Positions 1 to 12,628 of a stretch of 64,000 bases of DNA are shown piece by piece. Under the pieces are notes generated by a model. It was given only the letters and a program-made list of their open reading frames with translations. It was not told where the DNA came from and searched no databases. A program made the position numbers and the translations under genes. This DNA is from Eledone cirrhosa. Lineage: Eukaryota. The number at the start of each line of letters is the position of its first letter. Position 1 is the stretch's first letter. The stretch is from the NCBI GenBank assembly GCA_964016885.1, contig OZ024743.1, positions 246,512,001 through 246,576,000 of the forward strand. The letters run 5' to 3'.

Positions 1-2261
1 ATTGCTTGCAAGCACTACTGATTACGTGTGAGTGTGTGTTTGTATGTCTGTATCTGTGTTAAATTGCTTGCAAGCACTACTGATTACGTGTGAGTGTGTG
101 TTTGTATGTCTGTATCTGTGTTAAATTGCTTGCAAGCACTACTGATTACGTGTGAGTGTGTGTTTGTATGTCTGTATCTGTGTTAAATTGCTTGCAAGCA
201 CTACTGATTACGTGTGAGTGTGTGTTTGTATGTCTGTATCTGTGTTAAATTGCTTGCAAGCACTACTGATTACGTGTGAGTGTGTGTTTGTATGTCTGTA
301 TCTGTGTTAAATTGCTTGCAAGCACTACTGATTACATGTGAGTGTGTGTTTGTATGTCTGTATCTGTGTTAAATTGCTTGCAAGCACTACTGATTACGTG
401 TGAGTGTGTGTTTGTATGTCTGTATCTGTGTTAAATTGCTTGCAAGCACTACTGATTACGTGTGAGTGTGTGTTTGTATGTCTGTATCTGTGTTAAATTG
501 CTTGCAAGCACTACTGATTACGTGTGAGTGTGTGTTTGTATGTCTGTATCTGTGTTAAATTGCTTGCAAGCACTACTGATTACGTGTGAGTGTGTGTTTG
601 TATGTCTGTATCTGTGTTAAATTGCTTGCAAGCACTACTGATTACGTGTGAGTGTGTGTTTGTATGTCTGTATCTGTGTTAAATTGCTTGCAAGCACTAC
701 TGATTACGTGTGAGTGTGTGTTTGTATGTCTGTATCTGTGTTAAATTGCTTGCAAGCACTACTGATTACGTGTGAGTGTGTGTTTGTATGTCTGTATCTG
801 TGTTAAATTGCTTGCAAGCACTACTGATTACGTGTGAGTGTGTGTTTGTATGTCTGTATCTGTGTTAAATTGCTTGCAAGCACTACTGATTACGTGTGAG
901 TGTGTGTTTGTATGTCTGTATCTGTGTTAAATTGCTTGCAAGCACTACTGATTACGTGTGAGTGTGTGTTTGTATGTCTGTATCTGTGTTAAATTGCTTG
1001 CAAGCACTACTGATTACGTGTGAGTGTGTGTTTGTATGTCTGTATCTGTGTTAAATTGCTTGCAAGCACTACTGATTACGTGTGAGTGTGTGTTTGTATG
1101 TCTGTATCTGTGTTAAATTGCTTGCAAGCACTACTGATTACGTGTGAGTGTGTGTTTGTATGTCTGTATCTGTGTTAAATTGCTTGCAAGCACTACTGAT
1201 TACGTGTGAGTGTGTGTTTGTATGTCTGTATCTGTGTTAAATTGCTTGCAAGCACTACTGATTACGTGTGAGTGTGTGTTTGTATGTCTGTATCTGTGTT
1301 AAATTGCTTGCAAGCACTACTGATTACGTGTGAGTGTGTGTTTGTATGTCTGTATCTGTGTTAAATTGCTTGCAAGCACTACTGATTACGTGTGAGTGTG
1401 TGTTTGTATGTCTGTATCTGTGTTAAATTGCTTGCAAGCACTACTGATTACGTGTGAGTGTGTGTTTGTATGTCTGTATCTGTGTTAAATTGCTTGCAAG
1501 CACTACTGATTACGTGTGAGTGTGTGTTTGTATGTCTGTATCTGTGTTAAATTGCTTGCAAGCACTACTGATTACGTGTGAGTGTGTGTTTGTATGTCTG
1601 TATCTGTGTTAAATTGCTTGCAAGCACTACTGATTACGTGTGAGTGTGTGTTTGTATGTCTGTATCTGTGTTAAATTGCTTGCAAGCACTACTGATTACG
1701 TGTGAGTGTGTGTTTGTATGTCTGTATCTGTGTTAAATTGCTTGCAAGCACTACTGATTACGTGTGAGTGTGTGTTTGTATGTCTGTATCTGTGTTAAAT
1801 TGCTTGCAAGCACTACTGATTACGTGTGAGTGTGTGTTTGTATGTCTGTATCTGTGTTAAATTGCTTGCAAGCACTACTGATTACGTGTGAGTGTGTGTT
1901 TGTATGTCTGTATCTGTGTTAAATTGCTTGCAAGCACTACTGATTACGTGTGAGTGTGTGTTTGTATGTCTGTATCTGTGTTAAATTGCTTGCAAGCACT
2001 ACTGATTACGTGTGAGTGTGTGTTTGTATGTCTGTATCTGTGTTAAATTGCTTGCAAGCACTACTGATTACGTGTGAGTGTGTGTTTGTATGTCTGTATC
2101 TGTGTTAAATTGCTTGCAAGCACTACTGATTACGTGTGAGTGTGTGTTTGTATGTCTGTATCTGTGTTAAATTGCTTGCAAGCACTACTGATTACATGTG
2201 AGTGTGTGTTTGTATGTCTGTATCTGTGTTAAATTGCTTGCAAGCACTACTGATTACATGT
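1..2261. repeat. 62-bp tandem satellite, about 36.5 near-identical copies, running off the window start
   Basis: Unit ATTGCTTGCAAGCACTACTGATTACGTGTGAGTGTGTGTTTGTATGTCTGTATCTGTGTTAA recurs every 62 nt; a G>A variant is seen in units 6, 36 and 37. Confidence 0.98.
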
Positions 2262-2723
2262 AATCCAGTACTTGTTGCATGGTCAGATCTTTGAGGCAAT
2301 CTCACCAAGGCTGCTTGGTAAGGAGGGTGAGTTTTGGACACCCTACAACAGAGGTCCTCAAACTCCCCTCCTCCCTCTCATGGCCACGTAATACCCTCAG
2401 TGCCCCTACCCTTATTTCCAGAGAGGCCTGCCTACACGCAAATTGTAAATAATTATAATATAATTATAATATAATTATAATATATAATAAATAAAATTGT
2501 TAATTTCTGTATATTAAATAATATAATATATTTTATGTATGAATAAATATTATATATTTTTTATCTTACTATATTTATATATAATCTGTATCATTTGATA
2601 TTTAATATACTGTTATATCATTTCTACTGCAAATTTCTATTGGAACAGCAAATAGAATGCTTTGTGGCATTTATTTGTCAGTCTTTATGTTCTTTGTTAA
2701 AATCTTGTCAAGGTAAACTTTAC

Positions 2724-2778
2724 CTTTCTGGGGTAATTAATCCTTTCAATACCAACTTGCCAAAAACTGCTTCTGGTT
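2724..2778 (-). other. Candidate isolated 55-nt exon
   Basis: Minus strand reads ttttgtcttatAG|AACCAG...CCAGAAAG|GTAAAG with two open frames (EPEAVFGKLVLKGLITPE or TRSSFWQVGIERINYPRK). No homology recognised. Confidence 0.2.
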
Positions 2779-3609
2779 CTATAAGACAAAACTAGACATT
2801 TAGAAGGTTCCTATTTAAATTAAAATCTTCCAACAAAACTTTATATAAAAACCTTTTTGTTATCTTAATAATTGAACTAATTTTAGTAAATCCTCTTCAA
2901 ATTCATAAGTGATTAATTCAAATACAGTGTATTTTATCAAATATGGTAATGAGATGGTTAAAATAATGTGCCAATTAAGTCCTGGTGTTGATTTATTTGA
3001 TTTTCTACCCCCATTAAATTTCTGGCCTTGTGCCTGAATTAGAAACCGTTATTTTTATGCTGATGGCTTCTTAGTTAAAAATTCAACAGTCCAGTTTACT
3101 TGTCTCATAAAAATGTCAGATATTTTTATAATGCTATAAACAGTAATTCTTGCACCCAAATTGACTGTTTATTCTGGTGGGAAAGTAAAGCTGTGCATTC
3201 TTTTAATGGCTTTAGTCTTAACACTGCAGCCATTTTGGGGTACCACCTTCAAGGGATTTTAAATCTATCTTTTTGTTGAACCACTAAGTTTCAGGTCATA
3301 AAGCACACACACATACACATAAAATGGTTGGTAATATGAAGGGCATCCAGCCATAGAAAACTCGCCAAACAAAAGTTCAAGAAGATTCTTCAGTTATGTC
3401 AAGAACATGATGGCCCCCTTAGTGCTAGTGCCATGATGGAATGCACTTAGTGCACTCTGTAGAGTGCGTGAATAAGCAAGATGCAGTCCTTGGCCGGTCT
3501 GGGAGGTCAGTGTCACTAAGTACTGATTTGGGCTGTGATGACGCATCCAACTATTGCTAGCAAGGAAAATTGACATTAAATGATTATTGTTATTATTATT
3601 ATATATATA

Positions 3610-4938
3610 TCATCATCATCATCGTTTAACGTCCCTGTTCCACGCTTGCATGGGTTTGGACGGGGGTTTTCCCACTTGAGGCAAGAGTGGTTGTCTTGCT
3701 CGCATAGGACTGTCTGGCGGGTTTTCTAAAGCTGGATGCCCTTCCTAACACCAACCACATTTACAGTGTGGGGCTGGGAGGTTTTTACCGTGTTGCCTAC
3801 ATGGCCACATTACAGCATGGACTGTCTGGCGTGTTTTCTACAGCTGGATGCCCTTCCTAACACCAACCACATTTACAGTGTGGGACTGGGAGGTTTTTAC
3901 CGTGTTGCCTACACGGTCACATTACAGCGTGGACTGTGTGTTTTTTTTTGTCGTGACACCTACACGATCTCGTTTGTTTCGGCCTGGATGTTGTGGCACC
4001 AACATAACTTTGCATTGAAGGGGGCGGTGTGGATGGGGTGGGACGGGGGTGTATTTTGTTAGAGATGCCTACTGACTAGTAGGTTTTACTTTGTATTTAG
4101 GTAAGGCGGGTCTTCTCTGTTACTGAGTACCGCCAAAAGTCTCGGTCCAGTGACATTGTCTTGGAGAGGTGTAAGTGTGTGAGGTCGGAATTTATCAGCT
4201 CGTCCCAGGTTTTTCTGGGTCTGCCTACTCCGTGGCTACCATCTATCTTTATTGCCCTGCACTTTGTTATGCAGCTGTCGTATTTCATGCGCATCACGTG
4301 ACCATACCAACGTAGCCTTCTCTCGAGTAAACAACATCCGATCCCTCTTATTTCTAATTTTTTCCTTAGTTCGTTTATGCTTTGCCGTTCACGTATATTA
4401 CTATTACACATCCAGCGGAGCATGCAAGCTTCGTTCCTCTCTAGTCTGCATATATCCTCTGCACACAATGCCCGGGTCTCACTGCCATGCAACATTGCTG
4501 TTCGTATGCAGGCATCATACAACCTGCCTTTCATTTTTAGGGAGAACCCTTTAGCGGCTAATAGTGGTATAAGCTTTCTGAACTTTTTCCATCCAGTTCT
4601 GACTCTAGCTACTGTACTTTCAGAGCACCCTCCCCCACTGCTGATTTTGTCACCCAGGTAACGGAAGCTGTCCACTATTTCTATAGAAGCCTCTGCGCAA
4701 TTGAAAGAGTTAGTATTTTGTGGGCACTTGCTGCTACTTATTGCACCAGAGCACCGGCCACATGTAAAATCTGTGTTCTTAGTTAGCTTACCTGTGATCC
4801 CACTACATCTTTTATGTACCCATACTTTGCATTTGGGACATAAAATGGAGTTTCTACCTACGCCTTTCCTACACACTGAGCATGGCCATTTCTCGGAGGG
4901 GACCGGCGCCTTATTTTCTTTCCTACAAACTAGAACTT
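3610..4938 (-). mobile_element. RTE-clade LINE, 5'-truncated (PHD-like finger, RT C-terminus, 3' UTR, (GAT)n tail)
   Basis: ORF 4097-4876 has FRYLG, LHGSE and RRLRWYGHV motifs; (CAT)n at 3610; close match to 24900-26119. Confidence 0.92.
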
Positions 4939-5146
4939 TATATATATATATATATAATTGGTGTGGGATGCTTAAAGCGTCCGTAAGCGGTAGGCCGTTT
5001 GAGCACTCGATGCTCTTACAGAGCAGAGTATGATATCACATAAGAAACGGAGAATCAGTTTTGCGACGAATAAAATTTATTAGACATATTACAATCGTTT
5101 CTCTGGCGATCAGCTCGAGGCTCGATCGATGTAATGATTGAACCTG

Positions 5147-5348
5147 ATTAATTCATTTACCAGTGGTTTCTTGAAGACAGATATTTATATCTGTCTTCAG
5201 TTGCCAGAAAGAATAGCATAGAATATTTATTAAATATGGATTTGAAAAAAAAAATCCATATTTAATAAACATTCCATGTTATTCTTTCTGACGACTGAAG
5301 ACAGATATAAATATCTGTCTTTAAGAAACCACTGGTAAATGAATTAAT
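5147..5348. repeat. About 200-bp near-perfect palindrome with degenerate hammerhead cores (Penelope inverted pLTR-like)
   Basis: Arms ATTAATTCATTTACCAGTGG... and ...CCACTGGTAAATGAATTAAT; a CTGAAGA...GAAAC motif lies in each arm. Confidence 0.7.
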
Positions 5349-5787
5349 TATCGTATGTTGTTTATTACATAACTAAATATATATATATAATAATAATAAT
5401 AATAATAAAAAAATTATTATTATTATCATATAAATACAATAGACTTTAGCAGTTTCTGTTCATCAAATTTCACTCAATGTTATGGTAAAAGATACTTACC
5501 GAAGTGGGACTAAACCTGAAATCGCATGGTTATGAAGCAAACTCCTTAACTAATCAGCCATACCTGTGCCTATGAAAATTCCATTTTGCTGAAACAAGAA
5601 CCTTTTTTTTTTCATTTAACTATTTGTATTTTATATTATTTCCTTCATTATTTGATGGCAATTTTAGTTGCTGCATCCACTCAAAAGAATATCAGGTACC
5701 AAATTACCAAAGTCATTAGAACATTGCCTTTTATCCTTTTGGGATTGATAAATTTATAAATAAAGTATCAGTCAAGTATTGAAGCCA

Positions 5788-5789
<2 letters not shown>

Positions 5790-5863
<74 letters not shown>
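5790..5863. repeat. (CT)n microsatellite
   Basis: Direct reading. Confidence 0.95.
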
Positions 5864-5866
<3 letters not shown>

Positions 5867-6050
5867 ATGGGGATGGATGGACTGCACCAGGTTTAATTGC
5901 CTAAGACATGCCATATATCACTACACCGTTCCTACCATTCGTTAAGGAGAATAAATTTCAGAAAATCTATTAAAAGATTTCCTTTTATTGATATAAATAA
6001 AGGATCTGTGTAATTGTTTAGGGTGGAATTAATGGTGTATTTATCTTTTA

Positions 6051-9040
6051 TCTGGAAAATGGACAGAGAGTGTACTTCACTGAGATCACTGCTCATCAGT
6101 TGGCACAATCATCACATGGCACTACACTAACTGCTTTCTTTAAACTCTGCCAGAATGATGAATTTGCTCGATCCCTCCTATATGCTGAAGTCCCAACATA
6201 CTACACCTACTAGACCTGGAATCAAAGAAAGCAGGGTCATTTAGTGGAAGGTCATGAAGTCAAGTCAAGTGATGCTATTGGGCGTGTTTACAATGTCCAT
6301 CCCAACAACAGAGAATGTTTTTATTTATGGTTACTTCTGTATACTGTTCGAGGACCAACGTCATTTGAGGATCTTAGGTGCTTCAGAGGAAGGGAGTGCG
6401 CAACATACCAAGAAGCATGTAAACAGCATGGACTCCTGCATGACAATGGACACTGGAAGAAGTGCCTAGAAGAAGCAGCAATCACTCAAGTAGCCAGTCA
6501 AATAAGACAATTATTTGCTATCATGCTCAGAGCATGTGGAATTGAGGAAGCTCATCTACTCTGGCAGGAGTACAAAAACAATATGTCGGACGACTATCTA
6601 CACCTAGCTCGAATACATCATGGCATTATGTATATGGAATATACCCCCAGGATTTACAATCAAGCTCTCTGTGACCTGTCCCATCGAGTTCAGGCAATGA
6701 ATAGCACATTAGCTAACTGCAGGATGCCAGAGTGAGATGAAGAAATGGAGGTAGCACAAGACATTTTTCAGGAGACAAACTACAATATTCAAGCATTGCG
6801 TAAGTTTGTGGATGAAAATGAACCTCGATTGATGGATGACCAGAAATATGCCTACCACAACACCATCGAAAACATTCAAAATGACAGGGGAGGACTTTTC
6901 TTCATCGATGCTCCTTCTGGCACAGGCAAGACATTCCTCATAAACCTCCTGCTTGCAAAAGTTCGCCAAAAGCAACATATTGCCCCTGATGTGGCTTCAA
7001 GTGGCATTGCAGCAACACTTCTGGATGGAGGAAGAACTGCACACTCCATGTTTAAGCTGCCCATAGATCTCACACGGCATGAACAATCTTTTTGCAAGAA
7101 GAACTCACCCAAGGGCAAGCTTCTGCAAACATGCAAGATGATAATTTGGGATGAAGCTACTATGAGCCATAAAGGAGCAATTGAAGCTTTGGACCGGACG
7201 ATAAGGGATCTGAGAGAAAATAGTTGCATAATGGGAGGAGTGACAATGGTTCTTGCTGGTGATTTCAAATAAACTCTGCCTGTAATTCTTCAAGGGACTT
7301 GAGCTGATCAGGTCAATGCCTGTCTGAAAACATCCTCTCTCTGGCCCCACTTTCAGCTGCTGAACCTTACAACCAATATGCAAGTGCACTTAACTGGTGA
7401 TGAAGGTGTCAGTGAGTTTGCCAACCAACTACTTAAATTGGGAAATGGACTTCTTGAAAAGGACTCCAATGACCATATTCAGTTGTCATTTGGCCATATC
7501 ATTGACACAGAACAAGAACTGATTGCCAGAGTGTTTCCAAACATTCAAACTAGGCAATGTGATCCGAAATGGCTCTGTGAACGAGCAATATTAGCATCTA
7601 AAAATGTTGCTGTGAAAGAAATCAACAGACGGCTGCTGGAGATGTTACCGGGAGAGAAAATATGCTACAAATCAGTTGACACAAGACCAGGTTGTAAACT
7701 ATCCAACTGAATTTTTGAACAGTCTTGAACAAGCGGGAATTCCTCCACACAACCTGATACTGAAGCTTGAAGCATCGGTTATGCTACTTTGCAATCTGGA
7801 TTCTCCAAAACTTTGTAATGGCACAAGACTCATCATCAAAAATATGATGTCCAATGTTCTAGAAGTTGCAATCATGTCAAGAAAATTTGCTGGTGACAAT
7901 TGTTTCATTCCCAGAATACCTCTGAAGCCAACTGATTTGCCATTTGAATTTCAAAGACTTCAATTTCCGATCAGGCTCAGTTTTGCCATGACCATTAATA
8001 AATCTCAAGGGCAATCATTGAAAGTCGTTGGGTTGAATCTGGCAGATCCTGTCTTTTCACACGGTCAACTCTATGTTGGCACACCAAGGGTTGGGAACCC
8101 TGATTGTCTCTTCATTGTGACACCACAGGGCAAAACCAAGTATGTTGTTTATCCAGAGGCTTTGGAATGAGCAATGTCGTAATTCCTCATTCAATGACAA
8201 TACACACAGATCCTAATTCCTTAGTCATGTAGTTTGCAAGGAATTCTGAAGCCGCAAATTTACTGCATGATGTTGCTTTGGAAGAATATGCAGGCATTCC
8301 CGGGTACCTCTGCTATATAAAGTAGTATAAGTGAGGACTTTGTTGGATAGAAATAGCAGCCAAATTTCCTTCGAATCCCACCTTACTTTCTCAGGTATGT
8401 ATATATGTATGAAGCAAAAAGGAACGGTTCTATGTGATAACTCGAAATATTAGAAATATTAGCAAAATCCATTTCAAATCACAAACAACTGTCTTACACA
8501 CATACATGTGCGTGTATGTATCTATGTATGTCATGTGAGCCACTATAACTGTTGGTATAGCTAATAGAAATAGAAAACAAATCTCCCTCAAACAAGATCC
8601 TACTGCCATAGAGGCAAAGATTGGTGAAATCTACAGTGTACAAATTTAAATACACTTTCCCCGAATTACAGAAATGAGTAAGTAAATGCTTCATTCAATC
8701 ATAAGCCAATGCTAAATTTATTTTCTTATTTTATAAAATCTAAATGCATTTTTTTGGTCATGCCCTTTTCACTGACAACATACCTAATGATTCATCTATG
8801 AGTAAAGCATTATATATGCTGACTGTAATAGGGAGCAGTATTAAAAAAATCACCACTGGAAAAAACTAAATTTTTATCTAGATGATTTACTTTGACCAAA
8901 CGGCAATAAATATTCTGCTATAATTCCTACTTTGGTTAAAATTCAGCAATCATATTTGAATGGTCAAATATTTTGCAATGTGTGCCAAATATATTGTAAC
9001 TTTCATAAAATACCTGTGTATCACCGGGTAGCTCAGCTAG
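6051..9040 (+). mobile_element. Helitron with decayed RepHel (Pif1-like helicase half)
   Basis: Motifs LENGQRVYF, TTLTAFF, DAPSGTGKT, IIWDEA, GDF, AMTINKSQGQS and FSHGQLYV across frameshifted ORFs 6052-8170; 5' TC, 3' imperfect hairpin plus CTAG at 9037-9040; inserted between A and T. Confidence 0.92.
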
Positions 9041-9121
9041 TTTAATTATAATTGACATATCTCATGATATTTTTGTCAGACCAAACAGAAGGAGGCAAAT
9101 TAATTTTTCTTCATTCTAGAT

Positions 9122-9260
9122 CAGTGGTTCCAAACTTTTTACTCATAGAACAAGGAAAGATATTGTGGTACATATTGTACCTAAATTAAAAAATTTATTC
9201 AAAAGCAGTATTTATACATATTAGCATAGCATAAAGTAGAAATATAGATAATTAAAAGAT
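9122..9260 (+). mobile_element. hAT (Charlie-like) MITE left end
   Basis: TIR CAGTGGTTCCAAAC after TTCTAGAT; homologous to 16212-16324. Confidence 0.65.
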
Positions 9261-9300
9261 ACCGAAAAATTCTTTGTACTTTCTTCTTTACTCAACATAT

Positions 9301-9553
9301 ACAGTCAACATCTTCACACTGTGTCTGTCTATTTATATAACCAATTGACATCAATATTGTTTACTGGATATACAGTGTGTACATGCTGACTGGATATAGA
9401 GTGTGTTGATACTGACTGGATAGATAGATATATAGATAGATAGAGACAGTGTGTAGATGTTGACTGGATAGATAGATAGATAGATAGATAGAGACAGTGA
9501 GTAGATGTTGACTGGATAGATAGACACCGTGTGTAGAGGTTGACTGGATAGAT
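9301..9553. repeat. 30-45 bp minisatellite CAGTCAACATCTACACACTGTGTC(TATC)n, in both orientations
   Basis: The same unit recurs at 12590-12628, 15712-15755 and 15830-16210. Confidence 0.85.
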
Positions 9554-12028
9554 ATCTTTCTTTATTTGCCACAGGGGCATACAAAAATGGGACATTACAA
9601 AACGTGACGGCGGGGGTTTTACATAAAAATAACTTTAACATTAATAAATAACAATAAACTATATATAATAAAATAACAATTGAAATCCCCAATAGGAGGG
9701 AACGTTACTGCAGGGTTGTTTTACACCCCGTGGATAGAACAACCCTCAACACCAGGAACACGTTTTGTAGGTGTTCCTGTTTTCCCTCTGTTTATCTTCC
9801 TCAACCTACAGGTTTATATACAGAGAAGGCCCATTCACTCGGGCCATTTTTACCACATTCAGCGAATTTACTGGGGTGTAGCACCTCTGTCTCCACTCTC
9901 ACCTTCCTTCTGAAGTGATACTTAAAGAAGGGGATAAGTTGTTGTCCGGAGAGAAAGGTGTTTGCCCTCAGTCCTTTTAACCTCGTCCACCATATTACGT
10001 CTTTCGCCATAGCCACCAGACAGAGGAAAACCGCCTCTCCTTCGTTCTTAAATGAAGGCGGCGGGGTGATCCTCACGATGGACTCGACGGACAACTGGAT
10101 GCGTCCCACACGTGACAGCAGCTGTTCGACATAATTCCACAGGTCGGTCACCCCTGGGCATTGAACAATTGCGTGCAGAACGGTTTCAATGTCCTGCTCG
10201 CATCTTGGACAGGTCATTTTGGCAGGATCTCTGCCAGGGCATCCGTGCCTGAGGATTTTGTCTCAAACTGGTAGAGCTCCTCAGTAGCACTGCCAGGCCA
10301 GAGACCTCTGGAAGTTATCCATAGACCCTGGACGGAAAGTCCTTCCGAACAGACTGGTCAGTTCGTCCTCCTCAATGCCTAGAGTTTCCCCAAGAACATT
10401 GTCGCACTTATCCTCCACTAATCCCCTATAGAATGTTGAAGTGTAGTCTCCACTGATTGCCGTTTCCGCTTGGTAGAGGGCTGTGTGCGCCTGAAAGCAC
10501 TCGAGGTGCCAGGCACCCATTTTCGGTCTTCGCTTGACCCAGGACTGCAGCTCTGTTAGTGAGACGAGTTGTGGAAGAGCTTGTCTCACAAACGACAGCC
10601 ACACCGGTTCACCAGTCAGGAATACCTGGTGATGGCGTAGCCTCAGCGCATGTTTGCGCATCATCAGCCATGGCATGCCCAGCCCCCCGTTAGAAGGGTG
10701 TTGACAGCAGATGGATCTCTTCACCAATGGAGCCTGTTTCTTCCAGAGGAACTTGAAGAGTAGGCGTTCCATTTTGGTAAGGTATTCACGGGGGCAAGGC
10801 ACGACTGTCAAGCGGTAGTAGATGATGGACGCTATGTAAGTGTTCGCCACCTCCGCTCGACCTTTCACGGAGAGTTTGCACTCAGCCCACTTCTGGGTGA
10901 GTGCAAACACCTTCGCCGTGACCTCGTTCAAGTTCTTGTCCACCTGGAGGTCTGGACCGAACCAGACCCCAAGCAATTTCACCGGTCCTTCCTTCCAGCG
11001 TCCAACGACACTGTCGGAAGGCATGGGTTTGCTTCTCCATGTGCCGAGTTACAAACCGACAGGCTTGTTTGGGTTTAGTCTTGCTCCTGTCAACGTTTCG
11101 TATTCCTGTAATAGGTTGCCGATTACCCCGATTTCCGAGGTTTTCAACACCATTACGGTTGTCGTTGGCATAGGCTGACGCTGCTTTCCGCAGTCCTGGT
11201 TCGATCAGGATGCCCTGCAACAGCTCCAACTTCCACAGTAACGGCTCGAGAGTCAGTACATACAGAATCGAGGAGAGAGGGCATCCCTGACGGATGGAGC
11301 GCATGATTTGGAATGGCTCTGATAGGTAGCCATTCACCTTGACTGCCAAGCAGATACTGGTGTGCATGGCAGCGATCCAGCCTCTGAAGACGGGACCGAA
11401 GCTGGCCGCCTTGAGAACTGCTTCCAAGTATTGATCGTCGATCCTATCAAATGCCTTAGACTGATCTATGATGTATCGCATGAGGTGGAAGTTGTCGCGT
11501 ATGGACCTGGTTGGGATTGCACATGTTTCGGTTTTCTCAACGACAAGCACCAGCCTTGCTGCTAACAACTTGGCCAAAATCTTTAACTCTGTGTTGAGCA
11601 GAGTTATGGGCCTGAAATTGCTTATCTCATCCCCCTTGTTCTCATCTTTCCTGATCAGCGTTACTACGCCTCTGCCTACAGAACTGGGAATCCTCCCGTT
11701 CTGCTGCCAGTTGCAGTAGACCGCTTCGAGGATGCCAGAGAATAAGTCTGGCATGCCTATGTAAAACTCATAGGGTAGACCATCTAAACCGGGTGATTTG
11801 CATTTCCCGCAGCGGCCTAGGGCATCTTCTATTTTGCCCGCTGTGATCGGCCTTTCGCAACTCTCCGCATCCGTGCTCGAGAGTCGCGGTACGCCGTCGA
11901 GGTAGGAGCTGAAGTCCATCATTTCGTTCGATGTACCGCTTTGTCCGAACAGTTGTGCAAAATGCTGCTGGAAGGCCGTGCACATCTGCTTGTATTCAAG
12001 TATAATGCGTCCATCTTTGTCTTGCAAA
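9554..12028 (-). mobile_element. Tx1/L1-clade LINE, 5'-truncated, decayed ORF2
   Basis: SPGLDGL, NFRPITLLN, DQSKAFD, RQGCPLS, KLLGVWFG, GGLGMP and C-terminal CPRC..H..C motifs; 3' end GTGGCAAATAAAGAAA. Confidence 0.9.
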
Positions 12029-12035
12029 GATAGAT

Positions 12036-12589
12036 ATATTTCTATTTATTGCCACGAGGGCGCAATAGAAGGGGACAAATACAAGGGGCGGAGTTTACAC
12101 AAAAAGGCGAGTAAAGAAAACAAATAACAAATATAAAATTAACAATAAAGTCTTCAATAGAGAGGAGGCGTTTTGGGAGGTCGCACACACCCCCGAAAAA
12201 AGTGTGCAACCCTTCTCCTCAGGAGTACAGAGAGAGGGTGCTCCCTCATTCCTTCATCTTTTCCACCTACAGGCTGATGTAGAGAGAAGGCCCATTCACA
12301 CGAGCCATTCTCGCCACTTTCACCTACCTTTCATAAAAACGACTGGGGTGGAGCACCTCTCTCTCCATCCTGATCCTTCTTCCGAAATGATATCGGAAGA
12401 AACGGATCAGTTGTTGGCCAGAGAGAAAGGTGCCTGACCTCAGTCCTTTCAGACGCGTCCACCATACAACCTCTTTCACCATGGCTATTACGCACAGAAA
12501 CACCGCCTCTCCTTCATTTTTGAAGGGGGGAGGCGGTTTAATTGTTACAATGACCTCGGTGGTCAACCGGATCGGTCCCACCCGTGACA
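12036..12589 (-). mobile_element. Tx1/L1-clade LINE 3' fragment
   Basis: ORF2 C-terminus (VVWWTRLKGL) and the same 3' end as the neighbouring copies. Confidence 0.88.
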
Positions 12590-12628
12590 GATAGATAGAC
12601 ACAGTGTGTAGAGGTTGACTGGATAGAT

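Noticed and set aside
1-2261. CRISPR-like array
   Set aside because: Units are contiguous and identical with no unique spacers; eukaryotic context and no cas genes.
8540-8635. Hydrophobic reading frame inside the Helitron 3' extension as a captured exon
   Set aside because: No splice donor or homology evident.
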